Shown piece after piece: positions 50,623-63,344 of a stretch of DNA of 64,000 nt (the stretch's first letter is position 1; each line of letters begins with the position of its first letter). Source of the stretch: Vicugna vicugna (taxonomy: Eukaryota); contig MU057887.1 of assembly GCA_013265495.1 (NCBI GenBank), positions 569,985 to 633,984 on the forward strand, written 5' to 3'. A model generated the notes under the pieces. The model saw only the letters and a list, made by a program, of their open reading frames with translations. It ran no database searches and was not told the origin of the DNA. Both the position numbers and the translations under genes were made by a program.

Positions 50623-52237
50623 AACAACTCTACTGCTGCCCCTTGGCGCCCTGTGTGTACAGGAGCTGAGTTCCTTGAGAGCCAGGCCCAGGCCCCTCTT
50701 GGCCAAATGCACCACCCACTCTCCTGTTTCCCCCTTCTTTTCTTGCCCACCTGGCAAACTTCTGCTGGGCATCCCTGAGAGCCCCCCTGCTCCCTGCAAC
50801 CTGCTACTTTTTAGGGCACCTTTGTTCTCCTCCAGACCACAAGCTGCTCCAGGGAGCCGGGCCCGACACCTCTGGGTCCCCAGGGCCCAGCAAAGGGCCT
50901 GGCACAGATTTGTGCTCCGTGTTTGTGGATGAACAACGCTAACCCAACGTGGACTGGTTCTGAAGTGGCCCTAGAGTTGAGGGGACTAGACTGAGCATTG
51001 GTTTTTCTACTTAATTACTGTGTAATCTCAGGCAAGTCCCTGCACCCATCTGATCCTCAGTTTTTCTCATCTGTATTATGGGGGCACACTGAGGCAAAGA
51101 GAGACAAAGACACTTCATAAACTCCGGGCTGAAGGCAGGGATGATGGCTGCTCCCCAGCACAGCTCCAGGGAAGCCCGGGGGCCTACTCCTGGCTTAGCA
51201 AAGGGAACACAGGTTTTCCTAATATGAACCCGCACGATCAAAAGATTGTTGTGTTCCTTTAGAAAACACTGCTTGCAGAGACTCCCTGTACCAACTATTT
51301 AGTTTAACAAGTTTGTTCTGGTTGCAAAGACCCCAGCGGCGCCCCTGCACCCACGCAGCTGGAACCTCTGAGGAAGGTTCAGGCCTTTAATTGGAACCAT
51401 TTGTCCTTCCAGCGAGCAGCAGGTGGCTGGGCCAACTTAGAAAGAGATGCTCATTAGAGCAGTATGTGCCCTTTGACCCAGGCATCTGACTTCTGGGAAT
51501 CTGTCCTAAAGAAATAATCCCAAATACGGAGAGGCTCCCGGACACATAAACGTCTCTGCAGTGTATCTTACAGCAGCAGAGAAGCTGCAGTCAGCCTGAG
51601 TGTCCGAGGCAGCGATGAGTCGCTGGTGCTTTGTTGTCCCCTCCACCCCGCGAGGACGGCTTTGGAAGCTTTGCAGCACCTCAGAGCAAGGTCATGAGAG
51701 AATATTGATTAAGGAAATCAAGTTACAAACTCTGTACCCCGAGACGAGCTGTGTAAGCAACGCATATAAAACACTGGGAAAACGTACCCCTCAGTTCTGG
51801 CTGTGTCCAAGGAGGGAACTTGGGCCACTTTTCCCCCCTCTGTCTTCCCAGTCTTCTGCAATGTGGTTACAGTGAAAAGTATATTATAACCCTAAAAAAA
51901 AAGTCGAAGCAGAGAAACAACGGCTGGTTTTCCTGGGGAAGAGAGAGAACTTCTAACTTTGTAGAAACAAGTTCTACAGAACCACTCGTACGGCCTTTGT
52001 CAGTTTTCTCCCTCTAATGGAAAAGTCATACATGGACAGAGCAACAAATATTTAGTGCAGGAAGACCCGTAAACACCACTGTCCTAGTGCCACTGCCTTT
52101 TTCTTCCAGTATTTCTCCATGTTTATGTATATTTTCTCAGGGCCTAGTGTATATGCAATTTTAAGTTCTGCTTTCATTTTTATTTTATTTGCAAAACAAG
52201 TACCTCTGTTGTGAAAGTGTTCACAGTTTAAATTTGC

Positions 52238-52320
52238 TTTTAAGTGGAGGCACTGGAGTTGGACCCAGGACCTTGTGCGTGCTAAGTACGCACTCTACCA
52301 CTGAGCCATACCCTCCCCCA
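52238..52320 (-). mobile_element. tRNA-derived camelid-type SINE
   Basis: 'ggacccaggaccttgtgcgtgctaagtacgcactctaccactgagccataccctcccc'; TSD acagtttaaattt / atagtttaaattt. Confidence 0.88.
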
Positions 52321-54125
52321 TAGTTTAAATTTTGAAGAGTTACATGATATTCCATCCTGGGGACCTGCCATGTGCGGACTTAACTCTTCTGCTATATTAG
52401 ACACTGGTCGTTATGCTTCCATTTGTGTTTGTCTTTCTAAGTCTCACGGCAATAAATATGGTGGTACATACAGTACACACAGCTGTACATACGGAACACG
52501 TAAACCTCATCACTTGGCTTTATATCAGCAGCGGCAAATTAGAAAACGTGATGGAAAAAATATTCCATTCAGAATGACAACAAAAAGTAGGACTAAAGAA
52601 GTAAGATGCATGATTTGTACTTTAAAAAACTGCAAAATCTTAATCAAAGTTGCAGATGTCAGAGAAGAAGGCGGCATGAGCTGAGCTTCATTCCCCAAAG
52701 GTGCTACCCCACTCCACCCGTTGGGCCCTCAATGCACCCACAACCCCTTTCTCTCTATGTACGAACTTGTCTTTGCTTAACCCAACAATTTCACATACAA
52801 CTACAAAATTAACGTTCCCCACCCCGACTGGAGGCAACCAAAGTCCTGTCCAGATATTACATCTGCAATGTAAGCAATCAAATGAAGGCCCCTGTTCACT
52901 GTTCACCATCTTCAGGGACCCGGCCATTCCCCTACTGGTTCTGTAACCATCCCATTGCGAGTAGTGGGAACCACCTCGGGCTGAAGGTCAATAGGAAAAA
53001 GGTTACTGAAATGGCATTGGGCAGCTCGTAGAACTAATGGGAATACCACAGACCACGCCTCAAATCTGGGACAGCCAGAGACACCTGGAGTAAAGCCAGG
53101 ACTACAGGCACATTTCAGGTCGCAAAACCAGTCAGGTAATGTCACCATGCCACTCAACACCGGACGCCACCATTCCTCTGCTCTTAGTGCCGACCCCAGG
53201 AGCTCCACGTTCTTGCTGCTGCTTCTCACTGCTCACACGATGGATTCGCCACCAACCCTGCTTCTTTCGATCACCAGCTCCCTCTACAAAATCTGAGGCA
53301 GCTATGTGAGGTTGGCTTGCCTTGGTCACAGGCCAGCATCCTGGCTCTACAGGAGTCTGGTGTGGGAGATGTGAGGGTTTGGTTTCTGCAGTGGGAAGAA
53401 AACAGTGCCTCCCGGTGAGGCTCTTAGGTGCGGAATTCCTCAAAGATGGAGAAAGAATAGGTGCCTTTTCTAATTCCAACCCCTCTCCTGGACCTGTTGG
53501 AAATTCCAAGATCATCATTCTGCTGTCTAAGGCCAGCAACAAAAGAAACGCAAATCTGCCTTGAAACATGCAAAAACCTAAACTCAGGCAGTCCCCGTCG
53601 CCACTGCTGTGCCCGGGGCGTCCAGGGACAGTCTTCCCAGAACCTCCGCAGTTAAGAGTTTCATTTTGTCAAAACGAAATCCCACGGCTTCAGCCGTGCA
53701 ACGTCTCCTTTTCCTTCTTCTTTTCTTTTTTAACCACCGGAGCTCCAGTGCCTTTCATCTTTTTAACGACCACTTTTTCCCCTTATCTGCTCTTGGGACA
53801 GCCAACTCTTGTGCCCCCCCCTCCCCCGTCAGGCTTTCATCTGGCTTTTCTGTCTTCTGGACTTTTTGTTTGTGTTGGGCGGGAGCTTTAGTCTTCAAAG
53901 AAGAGCGCAGCTCCCCAAGAACTATGTTTCCACATAAAAATAAATGATGGTGGTTTTGTTTGAATTTGCCCTGATAATTCTTCTTCTGATCTGTGGAGAA
54001 TTCTGGGACAGCTGAGGTTCTATAATCCCCTGGGATGTCGTTTCTGCCCCACCTCCTTCCTTCTCTGGTCCCAACAATGTCCCAGGCCACGGCCACATGA
54101 CATCTCTTCCTCACCCCTCTCTAAC

Positions 54126-54505
54126 TGTATTAGTCTGCTAGAGCTGCGTAACGAAGTACCACAGATGGGGGCTTAAACAAGGGAAACCGGTTTCCTTGTG
54201 GTTCTGGAGGTCACGAGTTCAAGATCAAGTTGCTGGCAGAGCTGGTCCCTTCTGAGACTTCTCTCTTTGGCTTGCAGACGATTGTTCTCTCTCTGTCACA
54301 TGGCCTTTCCTCTTTGTATGTCTGGATCTAATCTCCCCTGCTTCTAAGGACCCCAGTCATACTGGCTTGGGACCACCCTAAGGACATCATTCTAACTTAA
54401 TCCCCTCTTCCAAGTCTCTGTCTCCAAATGCAGTCACATCCTAAAGTACTGGGGGTTAAACTTCAATTTGTGATTTTGGAGGGCAGCTCAGTTCAGCCCA
54501 TAACA
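54126..54505 (-). mobile_element. MLT1A-type MaLR solo LTR, complete
   Basis: TG...CA termini (tgtattagtctgct...cagcccataaca) with a perfect 5-bp TSD CTAAC at 54121-54125 and 54506-54510. Confidence 0.92.
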
Positions 54506-56659
54506 CTAACCAACCACCTGCTACTGTGCTGGGCGGGCTCTGCGGGGTGGTGATGAATGTGTGGGCTCAGCACCCAGACGTGCCGTGGGTGCGTCCTGGC
54601 CCTGCTGCTGGTCCACATGAGGCTGGCAGCTTCCTCAGTGGTCCTGCTTCCCCTGCTGTGAACTAGGGTTCGTGCGGAGGGGAGGGCACTCCTTTCTCAC
54701 GCTGGCTGTGCCTGTGAAATGGGATCAAACCAGAGGGGAGCAAAGGTGCGGGACATGCGGGAGCAACACCCTTGGCCATCCTGGGGGTGGTGTGGGGTGA
54801 AATAATGAGAGGGGCCCAGTCAGGGACCTTTGGTCACTTTCCAGTCACCATCTGCCCTGATGACAGGGAGCCATCGTGAGATGTGGAGGAGCCACACAGT
54901 GTGGGAGGCACGGATTCAAGAGTGTGGAGGAGAGAGATGTCTGCTGGAGGACCACGGGCACCCAGGGTTCTCCATGGTTTGTGTATGTGGCATCCTTTGG
55001 AAGCTCTCGTTTTCAGAAGCCCATTTTAAGAGATGGAACCTTTCTCCATTTGTCACCTAAGTCACCCAATTGCCCCTATGACCTTCCCGAGGAGGAGGGA
55101 CACCCGGGTAGTGGAGAAGGGACCCGTGGCAGGCGGGATGGTGAGTGGGCTCAGGAGCGGAGGTGATTGGACTGCAGCCCTGGGCCAGCTCCATGCCTGG
55201 CAGAGGGCAATGCCCGGGGAGCCTCACTGGGCACCAGCTCTGCCATCTCCCTGAGCCTTGGTCTCCCCAGCTGTCATGTGGAGTGGGCAGGGGATGCCCA
55301 TCTCAGCGGAGGTGGTAATGCTGGGCATGGCTCTAACTCAAAGCTGTGCTTTCTCACCAAGCTGCCCTGCCAGTGCCAGAACCATGGCTTTCTCCAAGGA
55401 TGTGCAGAACGGTCCTTGCCCTCAAGGAGCTTATGGGCTAGTGGGCAGGGAGAAAACCAACACTTTAGCAAAGAAAGAAGAGTATGAAGCAGTATAAGTG
55501 TCATAAGGGGGGTGGCATCTCGGCTGAGACCTGAAGGACAGGATGGAGCTGGCCGAGCAGAGAGCCAGGAACAGAGGGGAGGTGCTTGGTGTTCTAGGAG
55601 TCGTGCAAAGGCCAGGGGGCTGCTGCCAGTGCATGAGGGATGTGGGGCCAAGATGCCCCTGGAGGGTTGGGCAGGGGCCAGTGTAGCCACTGCCCTCAGA
55701 AAACCACCCAGGGGGGCAGCAGCACATGTAGGAACCAGCAGGCCTGTCCTCCAGAGGCTGGGCAGCATCAAAGCCATCTGGTTGCTGACGTGGGGAAAAA
55801 CAGTCCACATGTGCCAACAATGATCTTTCAAACAAACGGAGAGTTATTTGTTAATTGGGAGGGGGGCGACTGTTCTGCTTCTCTGAGATGAGAGAAAGCT
55901 GGACTGTCACAACGGGACATAATGAATGACTTCCTGCTTGGAGCGGAATCCAAGCGGTGCATGTCATCTCGCCCTGGACTGGGGGCCAGATGGTCGGGGG
56001 CTGCTCCGGTCCCTAATTCCCCAAATGGAACTTCTCTGAAGACCATCCCATCTTCTGCAAACTACATGCAATGTGTTGCTCATCAAATTTCGTGATGCTT
56101 AAAGACCCAGAAGGAAAATGATTAGAATTTTAGTGCCAGAAAGAACCTCGTCTCTCCTGATAATATGGTACCCTTCTTTTGGTCAGAAACGAGGGACTGC
56201 ACAAGTGATCATAATTTGATTTTTACTTTGGTTGCCAAGAAACTCAGAGTAAAGTTCAGGTGTAGGAACTTTATCACTCCAGGTTTCTGGTACAATGATT
56301 CCTCCCTGTCTCAACTGTTTCCTAAAAAATAAAAATTAAAAATAACATTTTCACTAGTCAAGCACAACAATCACTTTCATTTAGCTCCCTTTTGATCTCT
56401 AGCTGCATAAGTATAGCTTTTACACAGTCCTAACTGCAGTGTGAATTGATACATTCACAATCTTGTTTTCCTTTTTTTACGTAATATTGGTTCACAAAGA
56501 TCATATTTCTACTTAGGCATCGTATTCAGCCTTTTCAACAATGGCACAATATTTCGTTGAATCATTGAAAACTGACTTTGTTGACTCCAAACATACATAT
56601 ACTATAAATAGGCTGTTGTTGGACATTGCATCTTTTTATAGATTTTCACTGTAATAAAC

Positions 56660-57335
56660 AATTCTGCTGTTATAAAAATAAATGGATAAAGGATATGAAA
56701 GAGAAATACAGATATGAAAAATGTTCATCCTCTGTGATGGTTAAAGATATACATTGAAACAACAAGACGGCCGTTATTTCACCTGTGGAAATAGCCCAGA
56801 TTAAACAGACGTTCCTCAGTGCTGGAGAGGAGGTGCAGAGACCAACAGCCTGGCTCCTGTCTCTCCCGGGGGATGTGAACTAGTCTATTTCGGGGTGCAG
56901 CAACTGCTCTTCCAGGATGTCCATGCCAGGAGATGAGCCTAAAGCACACAGATTTTACTGCAGCACGATTTATCACCCTCAAATGTAAATGGTCTGAATG
57001 TCTGATAACAGGAACGTGGTTAAGTAAGCGTGCATTCAGCTTTGACAGTCTTCACTTGCTAGATGCGTGATGCAGGTTTCTAATAAGGGGGGGACATGTT
57101 TATGCTGTAGTGCTGAGTAAAAAACAGAACCCGGGATGCAGGTGAGCCCGGGACTGAGAGTCAGATGGCCTGGACTCAGATTGCAGAGCTGCCAATCACT
57201 AGCCATGAGAATCTGACCAATGACCTCACCTTTCTGAGCCTCGGGTTCCCCATCTGCAGAATGGGGGATACTGAAGCCTCCTGGGGCTATTGTGAGTGTT
57301 GACGAAATAACATGAGCACACAATATGTTGCACAA
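56660..57335 (+). mobile_element. Old L1 3' fragment followed by a MIR (about 57150-57335)
   Basis: 'atatgaaaaatgttcatcctc', 'ggatgtgaactagt'; MIR 'tttctgagcctcgggttccccatctgcagaatggggga'. Confidence 0.65.
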
Positions 57336-57799
57336 GCTATGCTTTCTCTGGTTCTCTAACTTCTCTTCAAGGTACCCTCATCCTCCCATGGCTTAAAAAC
57401 ATCAAATTAATATTGGAGACTAATGAGTCTCCAACCTGCCTCTGGCTTAGAGCTTCCCACCTATTCCACATCCAACTGCTTTTAGGACCTTCCTGTACCA
57501 CCTTTGTGGGCGTCAGGACACACCATCTAAAGATGGACCAGATAACCTTCCCGAGCTGCCGGGGGTCTCTGGTGCCTCCATGCTTTTGCAGATGCCAGTC
57601 CCCCTGCCCAGGAAACCGTTCCCTCTTTACTGCTCGTCTTTCAAGGGCCGGTCCCATGTCCCTCTTCTGGGAAGCCTCCTTAACCCAGCAGGCAGTTAGC
57701 AAGCAGGCCCCTTTCCTGAGCTTTTCTGGACTCTCTGCAACCCAAACTTAGGAGGCATCCTGTGGGGAGATGAGTGTTTTGTCTGGTTTTGATTTTTAA

Positions 57800-58290
57800 A
57801 TCTAGCATTCATTCAGAAAGGGGCACATAGCAGAAGTGAACAGCTTGAGAAATTTTCCCAGACTGAACCCAATCTTGAAATCAATACACAGATTTAAAAA
57901 TCATCCTAACTAGCTCCCCAATCCCTACCTTGTGCCACCTCCATCACTAACCCAACTGCAGGGTCATTGCTCTCCTGGCTTGTAACTTGCAGGTCATGCA
58001 GTCAGTGTTCCTCAGTGTCTGGCTCCATGGTGGCACCTGTCTGAGAGCTGTCTGTGTTGCTGCCCGGTGGTAGCACTCTCACTTTTCAGGGCTGTGTAGT
58101 GCTCCACAGTGCCCCAGTATTTCCATTCTGCTGCTGGTGTGGTTGAGCCGTTCCTAGTTGGAAGCTACTATGAACTGTGCCGCAGTGAACACTCTGGCAC
58201 ATGACTCTGTCTCTTGGTGCATATGACATGCATATGCCTTTCTGCTGGGTGTAAACTGGGAGTGGACTGCTGGGTCCCCTACACTTGGCT
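57800..58290 (-). mobile_element. Old L1 (L1ME-type) 3' fragment
   Basis: 'ggtgtaaactgggagtggactgctgggtc', 'gtgccgcagtgaacac'. Confidence 0.55.
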
Positions 58291-58539
58291 AATGGTGTTC
58301 CTATGAGTCTCACCCCATTGCTCCCCATCTTCACCTGCTTTTTGTTGTCGTTATTTTTAAAAATAAATCTATTTATGGTCCCAACAGACTAATTCATCCT
58401 CAGTAACCACTGACTGGTTGCAGCCATAAATTCCTGCACAAAGAGGTGGCTCTCGCAGGCCCAGCTCAAAGGCTGCCTCCTTTTCGACAAAAAAGAATCT
58501 TTTTCTCTGCCCTTTGGTGTCCCGGGTTCATCCCACTCC

Positions 58540-59720
58540 ACTGGTGTCGGGATGTTGGTGGAGCCTCTGGGCCGCCAGACCGGCGGTCCCCGGAGGGCAG
58601 AGCCAGGTCCCAGCCCGGAACATCCCTGGGGTGGGCCACCGACCCGCAGAGCTCCGGGCGACTCGCGCCAGGGCGGTTGAGGGCGGGAAACCAGCAGACG
58701 GCGGGTTCCGGGCTTTTCTCTGGGGAGGCGTCCCGCAGAGAGATCCCGGAATGGACACTGCCTTTATCCCCCCTTCTAAAGGCGCCTTCGACCCTGGGGA
58801 CCCCTCCCTGCCTGGACGCCGGGACCCTCCCCCCGCTTCCCGCGGAGTCGGGCGGAGCTAACCTTTGATACCCAGCCCGCCCCTCCGGGCGATGGGTGGG
58901 GAGGGGATCGGGTTTCACTGGCGCAGGGTGGGGTGTGGGGTGGTTGGTGGGGGTGCTTCCCGCCCGAAAGCGCCCCCTTCCCCGGCCCCTCCCAGGGAGA
59001 AGTTTGGGGTCCCGGTTCCCACCCTGGCCGTGGGTCTGCGCGCCCCATGGAGCGGGGGTGCCGGGAGGGAGGGGGCCCGGAGGTCCCGGGCGGGGAGCGG
59101 CCGAGGGGGAAGGGAACCGGGCGCCCCGCGGCCCCGCCTCCGCCGCGCCCTCGCCTCCGCCGCGCCCTCCTCCGGGGCGGGATAATTGAACCGCGCGGCC
59201 GCGGTCCTGCGTTGGCTGCGGAGGCTCGGCCGGAGCTTGGAGCCCGCGCTGCCCGCCGCGCCCGGAGCCGCGCCCCGCGCCCCGCGCCTTTGTCCGCTCC
59301 GCCGCCCGCCGCCCGCCGCCCCATGGAGCGCGCCGCCCTGTCGCGCCGGGTCCCGCTGCCGCTGCTGCTGCTCGGCCTCTTGCTGCTGGCGGCCCGAGGT
59401 AGGGGCGCGGGTGGGGGGGCGGGCGCCGGAAGGGAGGGGGCGCCCGACTCCACGGACCCGGCTCTAGTGACCCCCACACCCCAACCACCGCGCCCCTTGG
59501 GAGTTCGGGAGCTGCCGGCGCTGCACCCCCACAGCGGTCCTTGGGGTGGCTGAGCTGAGCTGCCGTCCAGGCCCCGGCGACGTCCCCCCCACTGCCCCTC
59601 TCCTGGCTTCCGGCCTAATCACCGCGCTGACCTGGGGACTTGTTTTAAAGACGGATCCCCCCAGACACACCGTCCTGCAGGCCCTCTCACCTTCCGCCTG
59701 CCCACCTAGCGCCCACCCGC
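58540..59720. promoter_or_regulatory. FBLN1 CpG island promoter and GC-rich 5' UTR
   Basis: Very high GC/CpG, multiple GC boxes (e.g. ggggcggg near 59174), no canonical TATA; spans FBLN1 exon 1. Confidence 0.88.
59323..59398 (+). CDS. FBLN1: FBLN1 (fibulin-1) coding exon 1, signal peptide; the remainder lies right of the window
   Basis: gccccATGG then MERAALSRRVPLPLLLLGLLLLAAR-, matching the fibulin-1 signal peptide. Phase-1 donor GTAGGG at 59399. Expected synteny downstream of RIBC2. Confidence 0.93.
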
Positions 59721-62294
59721 CCCTGGGGCTGAGGTGCGGCCCAGGGAGAGGAGGCTCCTTGCCCCTGGAGCCCCTTGGCATACCTGTTCTCACTGCCCCA
59801 CCTCCACCCCTAGCAGGGGCCGTTGTACCCAGCTTGCTGATGAGGAAACAGACTGGGGACTGGGGAACAGTAATTCGCCCAAGAGAAAAAACTAGTCATG
59901 GTGTAGGGGGTGCACATGAAGGAACCAAAGAGGAAGGGAGTAGTCTGGAGGTATCAGGGTGATAGCTTTGTGTCTGGGGACCCCTGCCCTCCTGGGACAC
60001 AAAGGCCCCCAGGCAGAGGCTCTGGCGGCCTCCATGCTTAGCTGTGGCTGGGGACAGGCCACTTCCTAACCCAGCCGCCTGGTGGCCAGGGGGTCTCCAC
60101 TTGGAGACCTGTGACCCAGAGCCCCCAGCCCTGGCACAGACAGCACTGGGATGGCAAACACCCATCTCATCCTTCTTTCTGACTTAATCCTCAAGGCCTA
60201 CCTCCTCGGGGGTGACCATGAGGCCCTGCCGATCATAGCCATGACCTCTGACCTCTCTGCTGACCCGTGGCTCACCAGTCATTAGCCAGGCCTGCCTTGC
60301 TGGGGCCAGGCCCAGATAAGAGCCCCGACCACCCTCGGAATCCGGGATCCTTTACTCTGGCTGAGTTGAGTTTCTTTTAAACTCTCTAGTAATCACCTTC
60401 CTCCTGTCAAAGGTCACTTGTCCCAGCTAATGCTTGCCTGGAGTCAGGGATTCACGGAGAGGCTGGGGGTGGTGTGGAGAGCTCTGCAGGGGTTTCTTTG
60501 GCTCTCTGGCTCCCTGTACCTGACAGGCATGGAGTTCTGGCTGTTCGAGGCATTGGCTCCATCCTGGGCATGTCCTGGGGGACATCCCTTGGGGGAGATG
60601 GTGGGTGGAGGTGCAGGGCTCAGCGTTGATAGCAAGAGTCGTCCCAGGTCCTGGGCTTACAGGACGCTTCTTGGAGGAGACAGTGTTTGGGCAGGAGCTG
60701 GTCAGGCAGCCAGGGAAGGAGGGGAATTCAGGTGACCTCTGGCTGGAGTCAAAGCCCAGGGAGGCATCCGATGGGGGACCACACAAAGACTCCTCTTGGA
60801 AATGGAAGGGGCCCCAGAAATCACCTGTATTTTACAGACAAGGAAACTCGAGGTCCGAAGAGAAGGCATAGTTGAGCTTTCCCAAACCTGTGCCCCCAGA
60901 TTGCTGTTCTTTTTTGCCTACTGTTTGAGAAGGGTCCCCTGCAGCCTGGCAGGTCTGGCAGTGTCCAACTTTGAAGGAGCAGTGAGACTTGCTAGGCTGG
61001 AGTGGCTCCCTAGCCCTGACTAATGGTTTACAATGATCTTCTTCATAAAGAAGGTCCTAACTTGAAGTGTGTAAAAGAAACCTTTTAATTGCATGCTGAT
61101 GAGAACGCCTGTGGCCCTTTGTTTCCTTTAGGAGGTCTCTCTTTAGAGTTTTAACAAGTTTGATGTAGTTTGGGGAGAGGGAGTTAGAAGACTGCATGGT
61201 TCCTTTCTGTGCCTACAAGCTCAGAAGCTGTAAGGTTCTCTGAAGCCTTGTAAGGCTGAGGGTGACACTGTCCCCACCCTCTGTGAGCAGTGAGGTCCAA
61301 GAGGAAATGTGCAGCTTAAAAGTGGTCGCGGAAAAGGCCTTGATGGTGAGCCTTTTAGCTAATCTGCTGAAACTCATTTGGCGACCTGGCCACCAAAATG
61401 GAGCAGGACACTGGCCTTTTTGTGCCAAGGGGCAGAGTTGGAACCACCAGTCTGTCCTGGGTCTGCCTGTCCTGTTGGGCTTTGCTGAGAGCCAGGGTGG
61501 GAGGGAGCAGAGAGGAGGAGGGTGCGGGGAAAGACGGCTGTGTTTTCTCCAAGACTTTCTTGGCCTGTGGCTCTAGCCGGGCAGCCTTTCCGACTGATTA
61601 CAGAGAACGTCCCTGGGAGAACAAAGGGGAGAGAGGACTTGGCTTGGAAACACGTGGCTGCACCAGTGCCGTTCCTGGAAGTTTCCCAGTCGGGTGGCGG
61701 GGGCCAGACAGACAGAGGGGGGCTGCTGGAGCCCGAATGCATGAAGATGAGACTCAGGGTGCCTCGGGGGCAGCGCCAGGGCCTCTCCTGCGGGGCCACA
61801 GCTCTGGGTCACGCGCCTTCCCGGCCCCGTCCGAGGACCCCTCCAGCTCAATGTGGCGTTGATGGTGTGTGTACGGGAAACGCGCCTCACTCACCGCCGG
61901 GACCTAGCAGGCTGCCACGGACGTTTGTGGGACCACTGACAACTTTGCCTGTCGTCTCCCGGAAAAAACCCACGGGGTGGTTTGGTGGTTTTCTCATTTG
62001 TAAAATGGAGATAGCAGAAACCTTCTTCTTAGGTGGCCTTGGGGCTGAGGGAGAGAACACAGGACGGTGCCTGTCGTGGGAGCTGTATTATTATTATCTG
62101 TTATTTGTGTTGTTCCCTTCTTGGAGTAGGACAGTTTAGCTCTACTAAAACTGCATTTCCCCAGCCAGGAGCTGGGAAGGAGGTCTAAGAGGGCCACAGA
62201 ACTGGTAGCTGTCAGGTGCCAAAGCCGTGTTGGTGAAGGTCATGCAAAGTGGCCTCAGCTGGCCTCCTTTGGCACTCCATCATCTGTACACTGA

Positions 62295-62610
62295 CATCTG
62301 CTGAGGGCCAGCCCCATGCCAGATACTGTTCTAGGTTTTGGAGACATGGCAGGGAGGAAGAGAGACCCTGCCCTTCTGCCCGTGGGGCACATCCCCTGGG
62401 AGATCCAGAAAAGTGAACAATTACAAACCAATTCCAACAAGGAGAGACTCAGGGAAGACTTCCTGGAGGAAGCAGCACACACACTGGATGTGAAGGAGCA
62501 GAAGGTTGGCTAAGTTTTTGGGGAGGTCTGGGAGTCGAATGGGGAAGGGTGCTCCAGGCAGAGAGAAAAGCATGGGCAAAGGCCCAGAAGGTGAGAAAGA
62601 ACATGGGACT
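62295..62610 (-). mobile_element. LINE-2 3' fragment in FBLN1 intron 1
   Basis: 'tgccagatactgttctaggttttggagac', 'cagggaagacttcctggagga', 'ccaggcagagagaaaagcatgggcaaaggcc'. Confidence 0.7.
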
Positions 62611-63344
62611 TCCCGGGGTTCTGTCTCCTTCCTCATGCTTGGAGAAGACCCCAGTGCCTCGCACCCTCTCCAGCAGCGCGCTCTCGCCTCCATTCCTTTG
62701 AAGGTGGGGCTCTGTGAGCAGTGGACGCTGTGGGTGGGGCAGCTTTGCAGGAAAATAGTTCTAATAGGGTATACGAGTATCTTGCCAGTATATTTCATGC
62801 AGCAAAATGTTTTTCTTTTTGCAAGACATCAAATTATAACAGTTTTATCAATAAGTGCTTTTGCAGGCTTCATCTGGTTCCAGTTTCCTTGTAATGACCT
62901 CAGATGTGGCTAGATAAAACTGGAGGGGGGCATTGCTTATACAACTTTCCCGGGATCAGAGACCCTTCTGTCTAGAGGGGAGCTCAGAGCTCAGAGGGTG
63001 TAGTGTTAAGGTGAAGTCATCCAGCTCGTAGCAGGCTTGGCTGGACCAGAGGCTGTGCCCTGCGGGCCGGCCCTCTTTCCACCGGGCTACCTCCTTTAAC
63101 CCCCAGGCAGGTCCTAACTAGAGGCCAGGGCCGGAGGGAGTCAGCTACCTACGTGTTATCAGGAGGGTCCTTCGTCCACCCACTCAGTGGTGGGGACTAG
63201 GACTCAACCAGAGCTGGGAGGCTGGTCCCAGCTCTGAAAGTGACTTGAGGGGGCTTGAGCAACTCCCACACCCTCTCTGTTCTGTTCCCTTCAGTATGGA
63301 ATGAAAACTCTGCTCTAGGAAATTATTATAATTGAAGTCTCTTA

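Larger units (their letters stand above)
24706..58433 (-). pseudogene. Putative decayed multi-exon gene (unitary pseudogene candidate), possibly an RGS-domain protein of RGS22/RGSL1 type
   Basis: Series of minus-strand acceptor/donor-bounded blocks in unique DNA with interrupted protein-like frames and RGS-like motifs (see findings). Recognised by eye only. Confidence 0.4.

Noticed and set aside
58466..59553. Long ORFs (340, 233, 206 aa) over the FBLN1 promoter
   Set aside because: Stop depletion in a CpG island; only 59323-59398 is coding.
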